The notes below the pieces were generated by a model. That model worked only from the letters and a program-made list of their open reading frames with translations. It was not told where the DNA came from and made no database searches. The translations under genes and the position numbers were made by a program. This document shows, in pieces, positions 59,354 to 64,000 of a stretch of DNA of 64,000 nucleotides; the stretch's first letter is position 1; each line of letters begins with the position of its first letter. The stretch comes from Bacillota bacterium (lineage in GTDB: Bacteria; Bacillota; Clostridia; Acetivibrionales; DTU013): assembly GCA_023435925.1 (NCBI GenBank), contig JAEZLF010000063.1, positions 496 through 64,495 on the forward strand, read 5' to 3'.

Positions 59354-60100
59354 ATGGCATTAGTGAAGAAAAACTCAACAAGGGGGATGCCTGTGGCAGA
59401 ACTTAAAGATCCCAATCGCCAACACTGGAACCGGCAGTTTAAAATATTGCAGGACACATGGCCAAAGCCTGATAATTTTGAAACCTGTATTGAAATTTGT
59501 TTGAATGTCCATGCAATGGTGCATACGGCAGAAATGTCTAATACTGGTTTATGGTCCTTTGAGGACGAGCTGTGGCAAAGAATGTCTGAGCCGGTATTCA
59601 GGAAGGTACATAACGACAATCAGTCAATTGCCTGGAAGCTATGGCATTCCACCCGGATAGAAGATATCACAATGAACATTTTAATAGCGGGAGAACCGCA
59701 AATATTATACTCCGGAAACTGGCTTGAAAAGATAGGGGCAACTATACATGATACAGGGAATGCAATGAATGAAAAGGAGATCGAGGTCTTAAGTAATTCA
59801 ATTGATATGCAGGCCCTAAGGGATTATCGTAAAGCAGTAGGAAGAAAGACAAGAAACATCATTAAATCATTGAAAGCAAAGGATTTGAAAAAAAGAGTTG
59901 AGGCTGAAAGACTTAAGATTATAATTGATGAAGGAGCAGTTGTAGAGGAAGCAAGATGGCTTACTGATTACTGGGGCAAAAAGACTTTTTCAGGGCTTTT
60001 GTTGATGCCTGCCACCCGGCATAATCTTGTGCACCTGAATGAATCCATGCGGATTCTCGGGAAAGAAAAATCTCGTAAAATTGATATATTGCAGGAGTGA
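59354..60100 (+). CDS. hypothetical protein (possibly DinB-like helical bundle)
   Basis: The start is ATG 59354, 2 nt after the upstream stop. WKLWHSTRIEDITMN is reminiscent of DinB-family helices. This assignment is weak. Confidence 0.4.
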   Translation: MALVKKNSTRGMPVAELKDPNRQHWNRQFKILQDTWPKPDNFETCIEICLNVHAMVHTAEMSNTGLWSFEDELWQRMSEPVFRKVHNDNQSIAWKLWHSTRIEDITMNILIAGEPQILYSGNWLEKIGATIHDTGNAMNEKEIEVLSNSIDMQALRDYRKAVGRKTRNIIKSLKAKDLKKRVEAERLKIIIDEGAVVEEARWLTDYWGKKTFSGLLLMPATRHNLVHLNESMRILGKEKSRKIDILQE

Positions 60101-60107
60101 CATTATT

Positions 60108-60689
60108 ATGAGCAAAAAAGAGGAATTTATTGATCTTTATAATAAATATATACACAGGGAAGGTGCAGATAAACTACTGGAATACTTGTTATCGAAGGCC
60201 AGTGACTTTTTTACGGCACCAGCAAGTACAAGATATCATGGTTCATATGAGGGAGGACTCGTTGAACATTGTATTAATGTCTATTCCTGCCTTAAGGATT
60301 ACCTATCACGTGATAGAGTAAAGGATCTATATGATATGCAGTTTGATGACGAAACGATTGCAATTGTTGCACTTTTGCATGATTTATGCAAAATCAACTG
60401 CTATAAACCCGGTACAAGAAATGTAAAAGATGAAAATGGGATATGGCAGACAGTTGCGACATATGAATTTGATGATAGGTTACCTTATGGACATGGGGAA
60501 AAATCCGTATATATTATTACCGGCTTTATGAAATTGACACGGGAAGAAGCATTTGCTATTCGATATCATATGGGGTTTTCAGGGGTAGAGGATAAAAGAA
60601 ATGTTGGGGATGCCTTTGAGCAATTTCCATTAGCATTTGCTCTTTGTACAGCTGATATGGAAGCAACTTACTTTGTCGAACGAAAATAA
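60108..60689 (+). CDS. HD-superfamily hydrolase, YhaM-type HD domain (paralog of 44184-44792)
   Basis: APASTRYHGSYEGGLVEHCINV and LLHDLCKI are present. The start is ATG 60108, behind AGGAG. Confidence 0.75.
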   Translation: MSKKEEFIDLYNKYIHREGADKLLEYLLSKASDFFTAPASTRYHGSYEGGLVEHCINVYSCLKDYLSRDRVKDLYDMQFDDETIAIVALLHDLCKINCYKPGTRNVKDENGIWQTVATYEFDDRLPYGHGEKSVYIITGFMKLTREEAFAIRYHMGFSGVEDKRNVGDAFEQFPLAFALCTADMEATYFVERK

Positions 60690-61140
60690 TAGACTACTAT
60701 AGAGTTGGCCATTTGTATACGGATCATGTTAACTATAATCGCAATTAAGAAATCGTTGAATGGTGTAACGAATTATTGCACAACTATTGAATGAATTCAT
60801 ATACTCTGCTTGTTAGTCAAAGTAACTTCCACTATACAAAAGTAGCTACCACGTTTTTCATTTCTCCTAATTTGCAGAACTAAATTCCGCGCTACCTGTG
60901 AAATTGGTGCGGATTTTACTTTCTCAAATAAGGCTGCCGCTTGCTGCTGCTTGTTGCTATATTTTTCTCAACTAAGTTATTGTATTGGGAACTTATGTTT
61001 GATATAATGACACAGTAGTTTGAATTCATTCATATTATTAACAAAGACCAGAATAAATTCGGCAAAAGTGGGAATACATTATTAGTAAGACTTCATTTTT
61101 ACCCTATGCCGGATCCGAGTAACGGGAGGTAAAACAGGAT

Positions 61141-61497
61141 ATGTGTTGTACAAGGATTTTTGCCGATGTTATCTTGGCAAATTTATTTGGAAGTGATCGT
61201 TTCGTCTCCTTTGATCCGATTTCCATGGAGGACATCAAGAACTTTTGCTCGTACCTGGACAATTTTCTTCCAGGTTTTATATTTTTTGAAAACTCCGAAG
61301 AGGATATGAAGGAAGTTGCAAGGAAGTATCCTCAATTCTATCAATTCGCAAATGGTAGGATATATCCAATGGAATATATGCCAATACGTACTAATTTTAA
61401 TACAGCTTATCGCGGGGAGATAGCAAACATCATCGAAGAAGCGGCAGATAGATTTATGGAATCCCAAACAAGACTTGTATCTTGCCACACTGCCTAG
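61141..61497 (+). CDS. hypothetical protein
   Basis: 118 aa, GGGAGG RBS, no recognisable motif. Confidence 0.35.
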   Translation: MCCTRIFADVILANLFGSDRFVSFDPISMEDIKNFCSYLDNFLPGFIFFENSEEDMKEVARKYPQFYQFANGRIYPMEYMPIRTNFNTAYRGEIANIIEEAADRFMESQTRLVSCHTA

Positions 61498-61650
61498 ATC
61501 AGTGTGGAATATATTCGGTTTGAATTGAAAATTCGTTGTAAAAGGCTGAAAACATCCTTTTATCTACATTAAACGCATTAACATACTTGTTTGTTCCTTA
61601 CAATGAATTAGTTATTTTACCTTAAACGAATGTAATTGTGAGGAGCAAAA

Positions 61651-64000
61651 ATGAAAAAGATTAATGACGATTGGACAAAAACCATTCTAATCCGTGATAC
61701 AGTACACGGTTATATAAAGATTCCGAAGGTGATCGTAGAAGACATTATTGACACCTGCTGTTTCCAGAGGCTTAAGGATATAGAACAGACAGGTATGAGG
61801 GTACTTTACCCTACTGCTTCCCATGACCGTTTTACCCATTCGCTTGGAGTATACCATCTTGGAGTACTAGCCTTTGAGAAGTTCAGGGATAACGTTTACA
61901 ATTTTGATAATCACAGTATTTACAATAAAGTGTCTCCCGAAGCCAACCCTGACTTAGCTTCCATTAAATGGGATAAGTGGGGGCTGCTTTTCTCATTAGC
62001 CTGTTTGCTGCATGATTGTGGACATTCACCATTTTCCCATACACTTGAATTCCTATATGATATGGATTTTGATACTGATCCCGAAGAAGATTATGAATGG
62101 AATAAGAAGGTCCTTGAATCAGGTAAAAGCACTATTGATCCCTTAAAAGCAAGAGTAAACCGTAAATTGTGTAAAATTTTAAAATCGGGGGATAAAAGAA
62201 GCTTTGAGGATGATCTCTACTCCAAAGCGGAAAATAAGTATAAAGGAATCCCTCATGAACGAATGAGTGCTTATTATATATGCGCTTTATTCTACAAGGA
62301 GATTTATTGTCTTGTAAATTCCTTTATGGTAAACAAACATAAAAGCAGATTTGAAAACAATTATTATGACTCATCAGAGTGCCCTCCCGAAATAAGTAGT
62401 AAAGAGGAATTTTTCGATGATATGGAATTTATGTGCAGAATGGTTACTGGATGTAAATACGACCTAGATTTTTGCAATGATTATAGAAATTCCGAGAAAC
62501 ATGCTATGTGGGAATATGAGCTCCAGCTGCGAAACTGCGTTATAAAAATGCTAAACTCGGATCTTGACGTTGATAATCTCGACTATACCATGCGTGATGC
62601 TAAGGTTTCCGGGTATGAAAGCATTCAGGTTGATATAGAGCGCCTTCTATCGGCCTTTACAATAACAAGGGCTTACAGGATGAATGAATACGAACTGAAC
62701 AGTGATGATTTTAACTATACGGTATCTTGTGAAAAGTTTCATGGCATCATTGATGCGCACATTTACGGTCAATTTAATATGAAGACTGTTGAAAAAGCTA
62801 AAAATATAGAGGTTAACGGCAATGTATCACTGGTTGACGAGTATAAATATGATAATGTAAACCCTCGTAAATATTTCTACACAAACGCAGACTTTGCGGC
62901 GCAAGTAAAGTGCGGTAGTATTGAGATTACGCCGGGCAAAATCAATGATATAAGGCAGGAAAGCTGCAGCTTACACATCAAAGGGAGCTTAGACGGCACT
63001 TTTACCGGTATTATTTATGGATTTGATTCCAGTAAAGTCACAGCAAATCCGGATTGCTGTAAAGAGCTTATATATTTTGCCTTTAACAAAAGTTGTATCA
63101 GTGTATTAAAAAGCGCAGTCGATGCAAGAAATTATGAATATTTATGGATATATGCTCATCATATTGTCACATATCAAACCAGATTCCTTATTATTTATTT
63201 GCTTGACCAATATGCCAAATATATCAGAAAAACAGAAGGATTACCCTTGAAGGATATCATATATCACACTATTAATAGGGCATCTGATATATCGGCTGAT
63301 ACTATTAAAAGTGGTGAAACGGTAGATCATAGCACTTGTCACGAAGGATTAAGATATTTAGAAAAGTTGGAAAGGAATTATTCTTCGTTTAATGCCGAAA
63401 AAGACTGTGATAGTGAAATCAGCCAATATATAGAGAAATTTAAGAAATATAGTCTTCCTAATAATGAAAGAAAGGAACTGGCAGAGGTATATATCATTTC
63501 AGCAGCTATATTGTTGATATCTGAATTGAAGCCAGCATTTGAAGCCAACGCGGAGAGTACCTTCGAATATGTTAAAAAGCTTCTCGGTGTTGTTGAAAAA
63601 ATCATAGAAGATAGATATGACACGGACTCCCTTGATTTACTGGTTAAGGAAGCGAAACGGCTGATTAATTATATCCGGGAATATGCATGGATAGATATCG
63701 GGATAATGGTAAAAATACTTTTTAGCAAAAGCCCTCAAAATGCCATTGATGGAACCAACATTGATACCAATGATATGCAAAAGGAGAAATACCTTATTTC
63801 CGATCTCGATTTATTGGCTGATCTGAAAAAGGTCTTTTTAAAACTAGATAAAGATTCGAAAATGCAAGACAAGTATAATGAATTGTATTTAGCCTTGAAT
63901 GAACATTTTATGAGGGATTATCCATCAGCAGCCTGGAAAACCTATGCGGAATTCCGCCATCATTTCAGGAGCTGGACATACAAAGAAATTGAGCATTTAC
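61651..64000 (+). CDS. SAMHD1/dGTPase-like HD-domain dNTP triphosphohydrolase, oversized, 3'-partial (runs off window)
   Basis: This gene is not in the supplied ORF track. I read the frame from ATG 61651 (RBS GAGGAG) codon by codon to 64000 and found no stop, giving >783 aa. Motifs are IRDTVHGYI, FQRLKDIEQTG, HDRFTHSLGVYHL, LLHDCGHSPFSH and DVDNLDYTMRDAKVSG. Confidence 0.8.
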   Translation, partial: MKKINDDWTKTILIRDTVHGYIKIPKVIVEDIIDTCCFQRLKDIEQTGMRVLYPTASHDRFTHSLGVYHLGVLAFEKFRDNVYNFDNHSIYNKVSPEANPDLASIKWDKWGLLFSLACLLHDCGHSPFSHTLEFLYDMDFDTDPEEDYEWNKKVLESGKSTIDPLKARVNRKLCKILKSGDKRSFEDDLYSKAENKYKGIPHERMSAYYICALFYKEIYCLVNSFMVNKHKSRFENNYYDSSECPPEISSKEEFFDDMEFMCRMVTGCKYDLDFCNDYRNSEKHAMWEYELQLRNCVIKMLNSDLDVDNLDYTMRDAKVSGYESIQVDIERLLSAFTITRAYRMNEYELNSDDFNYTVSCEKFHGIIDAHIYGQFNMKTVEKAKNIEVNGNVSLVDEYKYDNVNPRKYFYTNADFAAQVKCGSIEITPGKINDIRQESCSLHIKGSLDGTFTGIIYGFDSSKVTANPDCCKELIYFAFNKSCISVLKSAVDARNYEYLWIYAHHIVTYQTRFLIIYLLDQYAKYIRKTEGLPLKDIIYHTINRASDISADTIKSGETVDHSTCHEGLRYLEKLERNYSSFNAEKDCDSEISQYIEKFKKYSLPNNERKELAEVYIISAAILLISELKPAFEANAESTFEYVKKLLGVVEKIIEDRYDTDSLDLLVKEAKRLINYIREYAWIDIGIMVKILFSKSPQNAIDGTNIDTNDMQKEKYLISDLDLLADLKKVFLKLDKDSKMQDKYNELYLALNEHFMRDYPSAAWKTYAEFRHHFRSWTYKEIEHL

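Noticed and set aside
59095-59619. 174-aa minus-strand ORF across the PNPOx/DinB-like junction
   Set aside because: It is antisense to two tightly coupled plus-strand genes and has no RBS or motif.

Overview
The window looks like a Clostridia-type Firmicute chromosome, judged from sigH, the mrnC-rlmB-sigH synteny and AGGAGG-type ribosome-binding sites. The taxon call is low confidence.

Positions 1-11.1 kb are conserved core. They carry lplA, a tandem glycine riboswitch driving gcvT-gcvH-gcvPA-gcvPB, mrnC, rlmB with a repeat-rich N-terminal extension, an AEC-family permease, sigH, tRNA-Gly(CCC) and tRNA-Thr(GGU).

Downstream of tRNA-Thr, where Firmicutes normally carry rpmG-secE-nusG, the remaining >50 kb is AT-richer, mosaic accessory DNA. 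Two decayed copies of the 3' half of tRNA-Thr (about 11.27 kb and 24.42 kb) mark old integration junctions. No integrase or recombinase is visible.

Positions 11.6-22.3 kb form a metabolic islet: a CYTH protein, a GNAT acetyltransferase, AraC plus GH2 beta-galactosidase, and a CrtI-like/FNR-like redox pair.

Positions 22.8-64 kb form a dense defence-type island:
- a glycine-zipper ORFan
- an Mrr-like endonuclease
- a six-gene translationally chained operon: UvrD-Cas4-like nuclease, Type III Mod and Res, a second beta-class methyltransferase, a HerA-like ATPase and a NurA-like nuclease
- a DEDDh exonuclease / MazG / Vsr(DUF559)-SF2 helicase / YhaM-type HD cluster, split by a 363-bp duplication with an inserted ORFan cassette
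- an SF2 helicase-DUF45 fusion with a DUF429 protein
- a small-alarmone-hydrolase-like HD / UvrD-HEAT / ParB-like / HNH cluster
- an oversized SAMHD1-like HD phosphohydrolase that runs off the window and is missing from the ORF track

The best candidates for an undescribed system are the methyltransferase-HerA-NurA triad (33.8-38.2 kb) and the exonuclease-MazG-helicase/nuclease-HD cluster (38.2-44.8 kb). All functional calls rest on motif recognition by eye. No database search was run.
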